Origin: an uncultured Acidobacteriota bacterium
Lineage (GTDB): Bacteria; Acidobacteriota; Terriglobia; Terriglobales; Acidobacteriaceae
Direction of reading: 5' to 3'
DNA: 64,000 bases
Assembly (NCBI GenBank): GCA_963757135.1
Contig: CAVWQE010000008.1
Location: 469,167 to 533,166 of the forward strand
The notes under the pieces are model-generated. The model was not told where the DNA came from. It saw only the letters and a program-made list of their open reading frames with translations, and searched no databases. Made by a program: the position numbers and the translations under genes. This document shows, piece by piece, positions 39,511-49,553 of the stretch. Each line of letters begins with the position of its first letter. Position 1 is the first letter of the stretch.

Positions 39511-39651
39511 ACGGTCTATGCGCGTCGAAGTTGGATTCTTTACACATCAGATCGTTGCCCGCTTGCCTTCGGAAAGCTGCGGAAAACCAGGGCTGCTCAT
39601 CGAAATTGAGCCTGGTTAGTCCCGCCGAAGCATTTGTGATACAAACCTGCG

Positions 39652-40986
39652 GTGCCTGAACCAACGCCAGGGCCGAGACATCTGAGGACAGCTCAACCCA
39701 CGCTGGTGCGCGCCATCGGCCGCTGGAGCCTGGCTGCGCTGATGATCAATTGCATCATCGGCAGCGGCATTTTTGGGTTGCCTTCCGTCATCTCTGGCCT
39801 GGTGGGCAACGCGAGCCCGTTTGCATGGTTGTGCGCGGCGGCCGCGACCGGGCTGATAATGGCGTGCTTTGCGGAAGTCGCCTCCCGCTTTGACCGTAGC
39901 GGTGGCGTATATCTTTACACCCGCTATGCCTTTGGGCGCACCTTCGGCATCGCTATCGCATGGACGGGATGGCTGGCACGACTTACGGCGGCGGCCGCCA
40001 ACGCCAACTTATTTGTGATCTATTGCGCAGAATTCTGGCCGCCGGCGAAGAATCCCCTTCCAAGAATACTGATACTCACTCTGTTGCTGGGGGTTCTCGC
40101 GGCGGTGAATTACGTGGGAGTTCGTCACGGCACCACCCAAAGCAATGTTTTTACGGCTGCGAAGCTTCTTACCTTGGGAACGTTCGTGATCGCCGCCCTC
40201 CTGTTCCTCGCATTTCATCATCATCCGCTGGCCGTTTCGTTGCCTTCTGGATCAGGGAAGAGCTGGCTGCGCGCAATTTTGTTGCTGATGTTTGCCTATG
40301 GGGGGTACGAAACCGCTCTCATGGTCGGAGGTGAAGCCAAAGACCCGCGGCGGGACTACCCGTTCGCTTTATTCACGGCCCTTTTGGTTTGCACCCTGGT
40401 TTACACCATGACGCAATGGGTGATCGTGTCGACCCTGCCTCCGTCACTTGTTACCGATAGGCCGATGGCGGCGACGGCGCAATTGATGTTTGGAGTGTGG
40501 AGCGCCCGCGTGGTGAGCGTCGGCGTGCTGATCGCCTGTTACGGATACTTGAGCGCAAATATTCTGGGCTTCCCGAGAATATTGTTCGCGCAGTCGGAGA
40601 ATGGAGATCTGCCCCCGGTACTTGCCACTGTGCATCCCAAATTTCGCACGCCGCACATCGCCATAGTTATCTTTGCAGCGGCGCTTTGGCTGTTCGCGCT
40701 CATCGGAACCTTTGAGTGGAACGTCGCTATCTCTGCCATGTCGCGTTTGTTCTACTACGGATCGGTTTGTGCAGCGCTCCCGGTGCTTCGGCGCAGCCGA
40801 GAGGCTCCAGAACCGCAGTTTCGACTCCCCGCTGGGAACATTGTGGCGGGCCTGGCGATAGCCGTATCCTTGTTACTCTTCCCACATCTTGATCGAGCGA
40901 GTGGAATAATGTTGGCTGTGCTAGTTTTCTGCGTGATCGCGAATAGCTGGTGGGCAAGAAGGCAAGTCTCGCGCGAAAGCCTGTAA
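39652..40986 (+). CDS. APC-superfamily amino acid permease
   Basis: About 12 TM helices, an N-terminal GSGIFGLPS motif and FAYGGYE. GTG start. Confidence 0.8.
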   Translation: MPEPTPGPRHLRTAQPTLVRAIGRWSLAALMINCIIGSGIFGLPSVISGLVGNASPFAWLCAAAATGLIMACFAEVASRFDRSGGVYLYTRYAFGRTFGIAIAWTGWLARLTAAAANANLFVIYCAEFWPPAKNPLPRILILTLLLGVLAAVNYVGVRHGTTQSNVFTAAKLLTLGTFVIAALLFLAFHHHPLAVSLPSGSGKSWLRAILLLMFAYGGYETALMVGGEAKDPRRDYPFALFTALLVCTLVYTMTQWVIVSTLPPSLVTDRPMAATAQLMFGVWSARVVSVGVLIACYGYLSANILGFPRILFAQSENGDLPPVLATVHPKFRTPHIAIVIFAAALWLFALIGTFEWNVAISAMSRLFYYGSVCAALPVLRRSREAPEPQFRLPAGNIVAGLAIAVSLLLFPHLDRASGIMLAVLVFCVIANSWWARRQVSRESL

Positions 40987-41030
40987 GAACACGAAAGCAC
41001 CTAGTGCCCGGAGTCGACATCTAACCGATC

Positions 41031-41372
41031 ATGTCCGTCGTGATCAACATCAATACCGCCAGCACCAAGGAACTGACTCAACTACCAGGGATCGCGAAAA
41101 ACGTCGCCTACAATATTGTGAACCACCGCAAGCGCCACGGTTACTTCACTGACTGGAAGGAACTTCTTGAGGTGAAGGAATTTCCTGCGGCCGCGCTTGA
41201 CCGCTTTAAAGCACGCGCGACGCTGCTTCCCATCAAAGGAATCCGGCCGGAGGACTTCGGCCCGCGTAAGGTAAAGAAAGAGCATCTCGATCGAACTGCC
41301 AAAAAGCCCAAAGGCTACACGAAGGCGATTCGCGCTACCCGCGACGCTGACCGGTTGAAGCGCAGCGCTTAA
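41031..41372 (+). CDS. Helix-hairpin-helix (ComEA-like) DNA-binding domain protein
   Basis: INTASTKELTQLPGIAKNVAYNIVNHRKRHGYFTDWKELLEV is an HhH motif. The C-terminus is basic. Confidence 0.6.
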   Translation: MSVVININTASTKELTQLPGIAKNVAYNIVNHRKRHGYFTDWKELLEVKEFPAAALDRFKARATLLPIKGIRPEDFGPRKVKKEHLDRTAKKPKGYTKAIRATRDADRLKRSA

Positions 41373-41418
41373 GCGACGGTCGCGCCAGCTTCCGAAAATC
41401 GCAGGCAGAGCCGCTATA

Positions 41419-42276
41419 ATGGACAAAATAGGCGGATTAACTCCGCCGTCATTTTTCCACATGTCCATCATCTGGTTGCGAGTAGCTCTATCCTTATACG
41501 CGCTCGGACTCGTGTATGTGCTGGTAGCCCTCACCCGCACCAAAGAGCTGTTGAATCGCCTGGCTTTGCACGCCGCCTATCTTGGCATGGTCTTTCATTT
41601 TGTGGCGATTGTTGAAGCGGTGCGACAATCCGGCGAACTGAGCCTCGCCTCGCTTTCTGATGGCGCATCAGTCCTGGGATTTCTGATCATGGTGGTATTC
41701 CTGCTCGTCTATTTGGTTTACAAAACCACCTCGCCCGGCATCATCGTATTTCCTCTGGTTTTCATCCTCACTTTTATTGGTGCTACTCGCCAGGAACCGT
41801 TTGTGCTGGCTTCGGCCACGACGCGCCAGGGCTGGCTTATCGCCCACATTTCGCTAATCTTCGCCGGATATGCGGCCCTCGTGCTCAGCTTCGCCGCCAG
41901 CCTGATCTACCTGATCCAGGAGCGCGCTCTGAAAGCCAAGCGGCCCGGCGGGATGCTCTCGCGGCTTCCTGCGTTGCAGGTGACCGACGACATCGGTTTT
42001 CGTTCGCTCCTATTCGGCTTCCCGTTCATGACGGGCGGCCTGCTAGCCGGCCTGGTCATTGCCCAGGCGAATTTTGGCACGGTGGACTTTCGCGATCCTA
42101 AGATTTTCTTTTCGCTGATCACGTGGGCTGTCTATCTGATTCTGCTTTACACCCGCTGGAGCGCCGGATGGCGCGGCCGCCGCGCCGCATTGCTGGCGGC
42201 GGGCACGTTTGTGATGGCAATCGTGGCGTGGGCGGCGAATTACTTCAGCGCAGTGCACCAACTGGCGAAGCCATGA
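41419..42276 (+). CDS. Cytochrome c assembly-family membrane protein (CcsA/HemX/YpjD-like)
   Basis: 8-TM protein directly upstream of hemA, overlapping it by ATGA. This arrangement is typical of hemX-type genes. Confidence 0.6.
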   Translation: MDKIGGLTPPSFFHMSIIWLRVALSLYALGLVYVLVALTRTKELLNRLALHAAYLGMVFHFVAIVEAVRQSGELSLASLSDGASVLGFLIMVVFLLVYLVYKTTSPGIIVFPLVFILTFIGATRQEPFVLASATTRQGWLIAHISLIFAGYAALVLSFAASLIYLIQERALKAKRPGGMLSRLPALQVTDDIGFRSLLFGFPFMTGGLLAGLVIAQANFGTVDFRDPKIFFSLITWAVYLILLYTRWSAGWRGRRAALLAAGTFVMAIVAWAANYFSAVHQLAKP

Positions 42277-43592
42277 ATTTTCAACTGCTCGGCGTGAACC
42301 ACAAGACGGCGCCCGTGGAAGTCCGCGAGCTACTCGCCATTCCGGAACGGAAGCTTCCCGAGGCCTTGCAGCAGTTGTTGTTGCTTCCCGGCGTCAGCGA
42401 GGGGCTGATCCTGAGCACCTGCAACCGGGTTGAAATTCTTGCTCAGACGAAAAACGGCAGCACAGATTTGCGTGGCTTCCTGGCGCAATATTTTCGCGCC
42501 GAGCCGCAATCATACGAGTCCCATTTATATGAATATCGCGCCGGGGAGGCAGTGCGCCACGTTTTCCGCGTAGCGGCAAGCTTAGACTCGATGGTGGTTG
42601 GAGAGCCGCAAATCCTGGGTCAAGTGAAAGAAGCGTATGCCACGGCACGGGCGGCTGGCGCAGTGCAGTCGTATCTCGACCTTTTGCTCACCCGAGCGTT
42701 TGCCGTAGCCAAGCGTGTGCGGACTGAAACCGCGGTTGGCTCTTCGTCGGTGTCGGTTGCTTCGGTTGCGGTTGAACTCGCGGGCAAGATATTCGGCTCC
42801 CTTGAAGGCAAACAGGTATGCCTGGTCGGCGCTGGCAAGATGTCAGAACTCGCGGCCCGGCATCTGTTGGCCAAAGGCGCCGGCCCGATCTTCGTCGCGA
42901 ATCGCACATATGATCGCGCCCAGGCGCTGGCAGAGAAGTTTGGCGGGAGCGCCGTTCGCTTTGATGACCTGCACCGGCAGTGCGAACAGGCGGACATCGT
43001 GATTACGTCAACCGGATCGCCGGTCGCCATCTTCCGCCGTGAACACGGAGAACTTTTCCTTAGCCGTCGCCGTAACCGGCCGATGTTCTTTATAGACATC
43101 GCTGTCCCTCGTGATGTCGATCCGGAAATGAACAAACTCGACGGCATTTTTGTTTATGACATTGATGATCTGCAGGAAGCCGTCGGATCGCACGTCGCCA
43201 GTCGCCATCAGGAGGCCGAGCGCGCTGAAAAAATAATCGACGCCGAGGTCGAACGCTTTCAAAGGCGTCTGCACACCCTGCACTTGAAGCCAACCATCAT
43301 CTCGCTTCAGGACCAGTTCGAGACCATTCGCCAAGCTGAACTGGATCGGGTTCGCGGCCGTCTAGGGAGACTTACGGCCGATCAGGAACAAGCCATCGAG
43401 GCGTTGAGTCGCGGCATCGTAAACAAGATTCTGCACACGCCCATTCGCAGCCTGAAAACTGCCGCGGCCGATCCGGAGATCACTACGCTCATCGAATCAT
43501 TCCGCAAGATCTTCGACTTACAGGCAAAAGCTGCGGCAATAGGTGAGAGAAGCGATTCCGACAATGATGCCGACCCCGGGCAGGGGAGCTGA
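42273..43592 (+). CDS. hemA: Glutamyl-tRNA reductase
   Basis: MNFQLLGVNHKTAPVEVRE, STCNRVEIL (catalytic Cys), VGEPQILGQVK, LVGAGKMSELAA. The ORF-track extension back to 42123 is rejected. Confidence 0.92.
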   Translation: MNFQLLGVNHKTAPVEVRELLAIPERKLPEALQQLLLLPGVSEGLILSTCNRVEILAQTKNGSTDLRGFLAQYFRAEPQSYESHLYEYRAGEAVRHVFRVAASLDSMVVGEPQILGQVKEAYATARAAGAVQSYLDLLLTRAFAVAKRVRTETAVGSSSVSVASVAVELAGKIFGSLEGKQVCLVGAGKMSELAARHLLAKGAGPIFVANRTYDRAQALAEKFGGSAVRFDDLHRQCEQADIVITSTGSPVAIFRREHGELFLSRRRNRPMFFIDIAVPRDVDPEMNKLDGIFVYDIDDLQEAVGSHVASRHQEAERAEKIIDAEVERFQRRLHTLHLKPTIISLQDQFETIRQAELDRVRGRLGRLTADQEQAIEALSRGIVNKILHTPIRSLKTAAADPEITTLIESFRKIFDLQAKAAAIGERSDSDNDADPGQGS

Positions 43593-43595
43593 CGG

Positions 43596-44528
43596 TTGCG
43601 TCTGACCATTGGGTCGCGGGGATCGCAACTGGCGCTCTGGCAAGCCAATCACATCGCCTCCCGTTTACGGGAGCGCGGGCACGAGGTCGCGATCGAGATC
43701 ATCCATACCACAGGCGATAAAATCACCGATGTTGCACTGGCCAAAGTCGGGGCCAAGGGAATGTTTACCAAAGAGATTGAAGAGGCGCTGGCTGACAAAC
43801 GTATCGATCTTGCGGTGCACAGCCTGAAAGATCTGCCGACTGACATTTCTCCGGAGTTCGAGATCGGCGCCGTACCCGTGCGCGAGGACCCGCGTGATTC
43901 GTTTTGCTCGAGCCAGTATCGCTCGATTGCGGAACTTCCAGTGGGCGCGCGTGTGGGTACCAGTAGTCTGCGGCGGGAAGCTCAGCTACGGGCCCTGCGC
44001 CCGGACCTGAATGTCCATCCTCTGCGCGGCAACGTCGATACGCGCCTGCGCAAACTCGAATCTGGCGAGTACGATGCGATAATTCTGGCCGCGGCGGGAC
44101 TGCGCAGACTGAACCGCACGGATGCGATTCAGCAGATCCTTTCCGCCGATGTGATGTGTCCAGCGGCAGGGCAGGGAGCTCTGGGGATTGAAATCCGCGT
44201 TGGGGATTTGGCGGTGCGTGATGCGCTCACTTTCATGGAGGACGCGGCTACGCGCGCGGAAACCGGTTGTGAGCGCGCCCTCCTGCGAAAAATGGGCGGG
44301 GGCTGCCAGGTGCCAATCGGCGCGAGTGCAAAATGGTCAGGGGGCAAGCTGCATTTGCAGGCGATCGTCGCCAACCCCGACGGCAAATCCGTGCTGCGGG
44401 ACTCGGCCGAAGGTTCGGATGCGACCTCGGTCGGTGAACTGCTAGGCAGCCGCCTGCTGAAAAACGGCGGGGCCGCGATACTCGACCTGGTTTATGCTCA
44501 GAGCGCGCCGCAACCCGAGCAGCCGTAG
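43596..44528 (+). CDS. hemC: Hydroxymethylbilane synthase (porphobilinogen deaminase)
   Basis: [50 protein letters not shown] start. Confidence 0.92.
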   Translation: MRLTIGSRGSQLALWQANHIASRLRERGHEVAIEIIHTTGDKITDVALAKVGAKGMFTKEIEEALADKRIDLAVHSLKDLPTDISPEFEIGAVPVREDPRDSFCSSQYRSIAELPVGARVGTSSLRREAQLRALRPDLNVHPLRGNVDTRLRKLESGEYDAIILAAAGLRRLNRTDAIQQILSADVMCPAAGQGALGIEIRVGDLAVRDALTFMEDAATRAETGCERALLRKMGGGCQVPIGASAKWSGGKLHLQAIVANPDGKSVLRDSAEGSDATSVGELLGSRLLKNGGAAILDLVYAQSAPQPEQP

Positions 44529-44539
44529 CAGGCCAGGAA

Positions 44540-45160
44540 ATGTACATCCCCGAATTCAATCGCGTCGAAGACCAGGCCGCCGCTCTGGCTTTTATGCGGG
44601 CCAATCCTTTTGCGATTCTTGTCTCCAGCTGCGATGAAGGTCCATTCGCGACGCATCTTCCGGTTGTGATTACTGAAAGCGCCGGCAAAGTAATTTTGCG
44701 TGCGCATGTCGCCAAGGCGAACCCGCACTGGAAAATGCTGGAGCAGCAGGAATCGCTTGTGATCTTTCACGGGCCGCACGCATATGTTTCACCATCACTT
44801 TATGAAATCCGCGAGAGCGTTCCAACCTGGAACTACGCAACTGTGCATGCTTATGGCCGCGGACAAATTCTCGCTTCCGACACGGACAAACATCAGGTGC
44901 TGGCTGAATTGATCTCACAGTTCGACGCTTCTTATCTGGAACAATGGAACTCTTTTGATGACCAATACCGCAGCCGCATGTTGAACCACATTGTCGCGTT
45001 CGAAATTGCAGTCACTCGCGTCGAGGCCAAATTCAAGTTGAGCCAGAACCGGACCAGGATCGAACAGGAAAACGTGATCCAGGCGCTCGGCGCCAGTTCG
45101 GACTCCGCGGTCTCTGGCGTGGCTGAGATGATGCGACAGTTGGGGCTGGGCGCGAGATGA
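44540..45160 (+). CDS. paiB: PaiB-family FMN-binding protein (putative transcriptional regulator)
   Basis: MYIPEFNRVEDQAAALAFMRANPFAILVS...HLP...RAHVAKANPHW...VPTWNY..VH..G...KFKLSQNR, the typical PaiB pattern. Confidence 0.8.
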   Translation: MYIPEFNRVEDQAAALAFMRANPFAILVSSCDEGPFATHLPVVITESAGKVILRAHVAKANPHWKMLEQQESLVIFHGPHAYVSPSLYEIRESVPTWNYATVHAYGRGQILASDTDKHQVLAELISQFDASYLEQWNSFDDQYRSRMLNHIVAFEIAVTRVEAKFKLSQNRTRIEQENVIQALGASSDSAVSGVAEMMRQLGLGAR

Positions 45161-46068
45161 AGGCTCCCAGAGGAAAGAGTGCGCCTCTCGCCGGACTGCG
45201 CGTGCTGGTAGGGCGTGCGCGGCATCAGGCAAGCGCGCTATCTGTGGGATTGCAAGCGTTGGGCGCCGAGGTTATCGAAGTCCCCTTCATCGAGATACGC
45301 CCGCCGCGATCGTACGCAAAACTCGACTCTGCGCTTAAGCGAGCTGCCGAATACGACTGGCTGATTCTGACGAGCGTCAACGGGGTGGATGCGTTGGCCG
45401 CGCGCCTGAAGCGTCTGCACATCAGCGCGCAGAGCTTGAAACACTTGCAGATAGTTGCGATTGGGCCGGCGACGTGTGACGCCATTGAAGCAAGCGGTCT
45501 AACAGTTTCTGTCGTTCCCGAGCGCTATGTCGCCGAATCGGTGGTCGAAAGTTTGCGCGGAATGGCAAGAGAGAAGCGCATCCTGCTGGTCCGCGCGAAA
45601 GTCGCGCGCGACGTGATCCCGCGTGAACTGCGGAAGCTCGGCGCGACAGTGGATGTGGTGGAGGCGTACGAAACGGTGGTGCCAGACGCTTCCCGAAAAG
45701 GGCTGCTCGCGCTAATGACAAACGTAAATCAACGGCCGGACATAGTCTGTTTCACCAGTTCTTCCACGGTCAGAAACTTTGTCGACTTGTTGGTCGCTGC
45801 ACCGAACAGAAATGCCCCGACTAAGCACGGCTTTCGTTCCGGAGGAACGTCTGCCAATAGCCCGGCGCTTCAGCGCCGGGGAAAGATGCCCACCGGATCG
45901 AGTCCCGGAAGGACGACCGATCCCTCGAAGCTTCCGGACGCAATCAAGTTTGCCTCGATTGGCCCCATCACATCCGCGACGCTGCGCGAACTCGGGCTGC
46001 CGGTTCACATCGAAGCGGAGGAATACACGATTCCGGGGTTGATTCAGGCGATTAAGAGCGCGCTCTAA
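45157..46068 (+). CDS. hemD: Uroporphyrinogen-III synthase, carrying an approximately 45-aa low-complexity insertion
   Basis: LAGLRVLVGRA, DWLILTSVNGV, FTSSSTVRNFV, IGPITSATLRELGL. ATGA overlap with paiB. Confidence 0.8.
   Translation: MKAPRGKSAPLAGLRVLVGRARHQASALSVGLQALGAEVIEVPFIEIRPPRSYAKLDSALKRAAEYDWLILTSVNGVDALAARLKRLHISAQSLKHLQIVAIGPATCDAIEASGLTVSVVPERYVAESVVESLRGMAREKRILLVRAKVARDVIPRELRKLGATVDVVEAYETVVPDASRKGLLALMTNVNQRPDIVCFTSSSTVRNFVDLLVAAPNRNAPTKHGFRSGGTSANSPALQRRGKMPTGSSPGRTTDPSKLPDAIKFASIGPITSATLRELGLPVHIEAEEYTIPGLIQAIKSAL
45800..45940. repeat. Palindrome-rich repeat-like segment lying in frame inside hemD
   Basis: cgttcc-gga-ggaacg (45835-45849), cccggcgc-ttca-gcgccggg (45861-45880), ggatcg...cgatcc (45893-45923). 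It encodes HGFRSGGTSANSPALQRRGKMPTGSSPGRTTD. Confidence 0.6.
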
Positions 46069-48105
46069 TTACTCCAGCTTGCAGCCGCAATCCGCGGGCG
46101 GGACGCGGGCCTTCAAAAAATTCGCCACTCGCTGGTATGCGTCGATCTGATTTTCTACCCGCGAGAAGCCGTGTCCTTCGTCTTCGTAGATTTTGTAATC
46201 CGCCACGCCGCCATGTTTCTTGATTGCATCCACAACCTGGATAGTTTCTTCTTTCGGACAGCGCGGATCGTGGCCTCCGGCCAGTAATAGCAGAGGCGCT
46301 TTGATCTGATCGACGAAGAAGAATGGCGAGCGCTCACGGAAAAAGTCGGGCTTCGTTTTCGGATCACCCATGGTCGCTAGATCCGATTGCTGCAAGATGG
46401 GGTCTTCGTTTTCGATTTCGGTAAACCAGTTCACGAACGGCACAATCGGCACGCCCGCCGCCCACAGTTCCGGTGCTTTGGTCACCGCCATCATGGAGAG
46501 ATAACCACCGTAGCTGCCGCCCATCACGATCAGCCTCTTTTTGTCGGGATAACCGGTCGCCATCAGGAAATCAGTTGCGGCCAGCACGTCCTGCAAATCG
46601 CCTCCACCCATGTCGAACAGGTTCGCGTTCTGAAAATCTTTTCCGTATCCAGTCGACCCGCGATAGTTCGGCGCGATCACCATGTATCCCTGGTTGACGA
46701 TGTGCTGGATGAAGCGGTTGAACGAATTCACGGTTTGCGACGCCGGGCCGCCGTGAATGTAAACAATGGCCGCATTCTGGCCATTCCGTTGCATGTTGCG
46801 AGTAACGTACAGCCAGGCCGAAATTGTGTGCTTGCCGTCGCGGCTGGGGTAGTGGACGAGGAACGGTTCTACCATGTGGGTGGCGGGTACGCCCGCCATG
46901 AGCGAATGCGTGACCTGCGTCGATTTGCCGGTCGCAAGGTGATAAACCCAGACATCATTCGGCGAGCTCGGGCCGTTGTGATAGCAGAGCAATTGCGAGC
47001 CGTCATGCGAGAACGCCGTTTCGGCGCCGCCGAAGGAATTCACGCCTTCAGGAAGCTGGATCTGACCTGTTTTGTTCGAGGTCAAATCGTGGATGTAAGC
47101 GTTGATATCTCCATCCACATTTGAGGTCCAGGTGACGGATTTCCCGTCAGGCGAAAAATGCCCTCCAGACACTTCCCACTTGTCTTGAGTAAGCCAGCGA
47201 ATTTGCTTGGACGCGACACCTAGCAACCCCGCATTTTGGAAGGCATTGCCAGCCTCAGACGTGATCAGCAGCTTCTTTCCGTCTGGCGAAATATCATTCG
47301 CGTCATACAGCTTCTCGCCTTCATGCGGCGTCAGCAGCGTGCTCTGGCCGGTCGCCACATCGGCGATGAAAATATTTGAATTCGTGCCCTTGGCTTCACT
47401 CTGGGTGTAAACGATTGACTTGCCATCCTTCGACCAGATTGGATTGGTATTCAGTTTGTCTGCGGATGTATTCGTGGTGACGTGCCTGGTCTCGCGCATC
47501 AACGTATCGAAGACATCGATTTCATACGACGATGACGTTTTCGGTTTCACCATGTAGGCCAAAAATCGCCCGTTCGGCGACCATGTCGGATTTTCTTCCG
47601 CAACCTCGCGCGTTTTGGTTACGTTCACGACCTGTCCCGTCTTCGGTGAGACGAAAAAGATATCCCACTGCTCATCTCCGTCGTAGTCGGACTGATAGGC
47701 GATCCACTTACCATCGGGCGACCAGGTGGGGTGTGACTGCCGCTGATCACTGACCGTGAGTTGTGTAGGCCACCCACCCTCGGAGGGCACAAGCCACAAA
47801 TTGTTTCGGCCGGTGATATTCGATACGAAAGCAATCGTCTTGCCATCCGGAGACCACGCTGTGCCCCCGACCTGCCGCGTCATGTAGAGCCGCTGCAGTG
47901 AAAGGCTTTCTTCGCCTTGCTCGACGTCGGCGTCGGGCTTAGCAGTGATCTGCTTGGGGTCGGTAATGGCAGTGCGCGCACTCAAGTGGTCGGCTGATTT
48001 GACATCTGTTCGCGAAGGTTTCTGTTGTGAAAGCGCGGACACACTCATGCTTAAAACCATAACAAACAGGACGGCCGTGGTGTGAGAGCGAAGGACGGTG
48101 AACAC
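46069..48105 (-). CDS. S9-family serine peptidase with an N-terminal TolB-like beta-propeller
   Basis: Signal peptide, WSPDGK propeller repeats, nucleophile motif GGSYGGY, and C-terminal D and H residues (GGHDPRC, EGHGF). Confidence 0.85.
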   Translation of the reverse strand: MFTVLRSHTTAVLFVMVLSMSVSALSQQKPSRTDVKSADHLSARTAITDPKQITAKPDADVEQGEESLSLQRLYMTRQVGGTAWSPDGKTIAFVSNITGRNNLWLVPSEGGWPTQLTVSDQRQSHPTWSPDGKWIAYQSDYDGDEQWDIFFVSPKTGQVVNVTKTREVAEENPTWSPNGRFLAYMVKPKTSSSYEIDVFDTLMRETRHVTTNTSADKLNTNPIWSKDGKSIVYTQSEAKGTNSNIFIADVATGQSTLLTPHEGEKLYDANDISPDGKKLLITSEAGNAFQNAGLLGVASKQIRWLTQDKWEVSGGHFSPDGKSVTWTSNVDGDINAYIHDLTSNKTGQIQLPEGVNSFGGAETAFSHDGSQLLCYHNGPSSPNDVWVYHLATGKSTQVTHSLMAGVPATHMVEPFLVHYPSRDGKHTISAWLYVTRNMQRNGQNAAIVYIHGGPASQTVNSFNRFIQHIVNQGYMVIAPNYRGSTGYGKDFQNANLFDMGGGDLQDVLAATDFLMATGYPDKKRLIVMGGSYGGYLSMMAVTKAPELWAAGVPIVPFVNWFTEIENEDPILQQSDLATMGDPKTKPDFFRERSPFFFVDQIKAPLLLLAGGHDPRCPKEETIQVVDAIKKHGGVADYKIYEDEGHGFSRVENQIDAYQRVANFLKARVPPADCGCKLE

Positions 48106-48107
48106 GC

Positions 48108-49361
48108 TTACCTGACCAGGATCGCCGCCGGCTGACCGGCAAGTGTGACCGTAGAAGTGGTTCCCGGCGCCAGTTTGCCGCCTGGCCCGACGCTGAATAC
48201 AGACATGCTCGAGCCGTTGTTATTGGAGACGAAAACGTAGCTGCCGTCGGAGGTCACTCCTCCTCCGACGGGATTAGATCCGGCATTAACCGAAGCGGGA
48301 GTGAGAGTTGTCAGGGCGCCCGTCGCCGAACCGTACCGGTACTGCGTAACGTCGTTACCTTTCGAGTTCACCGCATAAACGAAACCCAGCAGCGGATGCG
48401 CAAAAATGGCGACCGGTGAATCTCCTGCCGCAACCGGCGAGGTCCGAATCTGGACGAGACTTCCATTGGGGATTGAACACGTAGTCGATAGTTGAATGCA
48501 GGCCGCAAAGATACTGACGTTGTTGGAACCGGAATTGGTTACGAATAAATTATTGCCATCGGCTGCAGGGCAGCTGGTTGTACCCTGGGTGATGCCTGCG
48601 CATCGCGAGAACGCCAAGCCCGAGGGATTGCTGCCCGCGGTGTAAGTGTTGAGCGGCAGTAAGGCTCCGGTAGAGGCGTCGTATGAGAAAGCTTCGACGG
48701 TGTTGCTGAACTGATTCGCCACGTATAGAAAGTTTCCAGCGGGAGATGTATGCACCGCCGCCGGACCTGTACCCGTAAGGTCTGTGGGCGCCTCAGTCTG
48801 GGCTGCGCTGTTGAAGGTTAAATTAGTGGCGCTGATTGCGTAAGTGGAAACTCCGCCGCTGGAACTGTTGCCCGCAGTGGGGTCGCACTGGTCAAAGGTT
48901 CCCTGAGTGGCGACGAACAAAAATTTTCCGCCGGGATCAATGGCCAGCGAGACTGGAAGAGCACCGCATGTCGGTGGCGGGGGAGCGCCCGGACATGGAG
49001 GCGGTGGCAGCGCGCACGAAGTGGTCGTGTTCGTTGTACTTCCGGCACCCAGGGAACCGTCACTATTTACCGAATAACTGGTAATCGAGCCATCGGAACT
49101 GTTGGCGATAAACAGAGCCGTGCCATCCGGCGAAAGCGCCATGGCGACGGGTGAAACTCCGGTGGGCTGGCTGCTGCCCACCTGACCGATGGAACCATTG
49201 CTCAGGTTGATGTTGAATGCCCTGACCTGCTGGTCGCCTTCAGTCGCAACCCAAACGAAGCCTGTGCCCGTGGCACCGGTCGTGCTTGATTTTACGCAGC
49301 TGAGCATTGCCCCAATCAACACCGCGGCAATCAGCAGACCCCACGCTGACTTCATTCGCAT
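48108..49361 (-). CDS. Secreted/lipoprotein 7-bladed beta-propeller lactonase-family protein
   Basis: Lipobox-like GAMLSC. Repeated ..P.G.FLYVAN..SN.V..F.. blades, as in the Pgl-like lactonase family. Confidence 0.65.
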   Translation of the reverse strand: MRMKSAWGLLIAAVLIGAMLSCVKSSTTGATGTGFVWVATEGDQQVRAFNINLSNGSIGQVGSSQPTGVSPVAMALSPDGTALFIANSSDGSITSYSVNSDGSLGAGSTTNTTTSCALPPPPCPGAPPPPTCGALPVSLAIDPGGKFLFVATQGTFDQCDPTAGNSSSGGVSTYAISATNLTFNSAAQTEAPTDLTGTGPAAVHTSPAGNFLYVANQFSNTVEAFSYDASTGALLPLNTYTAGSNPSGLAFSRCAGITQGTTSCPAADGNNLFVTNSGSNNVSIFAACIQLSTTCSIPNGSLVQIRTSPVAAGDSPVAIFAHPLLGFVYAVNSKGNDVTQYRYGSATGALTTLTPASVNAGSNPVGGGVTSDGSYVFVSNNNGSSMSVFSVGPGGKLAPGTTSTVTLAGQPAAILVR

Positions 49362-49553
49362 TCTTGCTCCCCAGGAAAAAGTTTCAATGTTTCAAGCTTT
49401 CGCAGTTTAGGCCGTGTCAGATTTAACCGGGCACACTGAGTCCCGGTCAGAAACGTTCGAAACTCTGGAACCTTGATACTTTGATTCTGAAAGGCTTACC
49501 CCAATTATGTATCAGGAATGGGCAAGAAAGAGCAAACCGGCAGTTGCCAGACG

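Noticed and set aside
39511-39651. Possible riboswitch or leader structure upstream of the APC amino-acid permease (hairpin AACCAGGGCT...GAGCCTGGTT)
   Set aside because: I could find only a single imperfect hairpin. I could not match it to glycine, lysine or other amino-acid riboswitch consensus cores by eye. A covariance-model scan would be needed.
42123-42272. N-terminal extension of hemA given in the ORF track (start at 42123)
   Set aside because: The extension overlaps the preceding membrane-protein gene by 150 nt. The canonical HemA N-terminus MNFQLLGVNHKTAPV begins at 42273 with an ATGA overlap.
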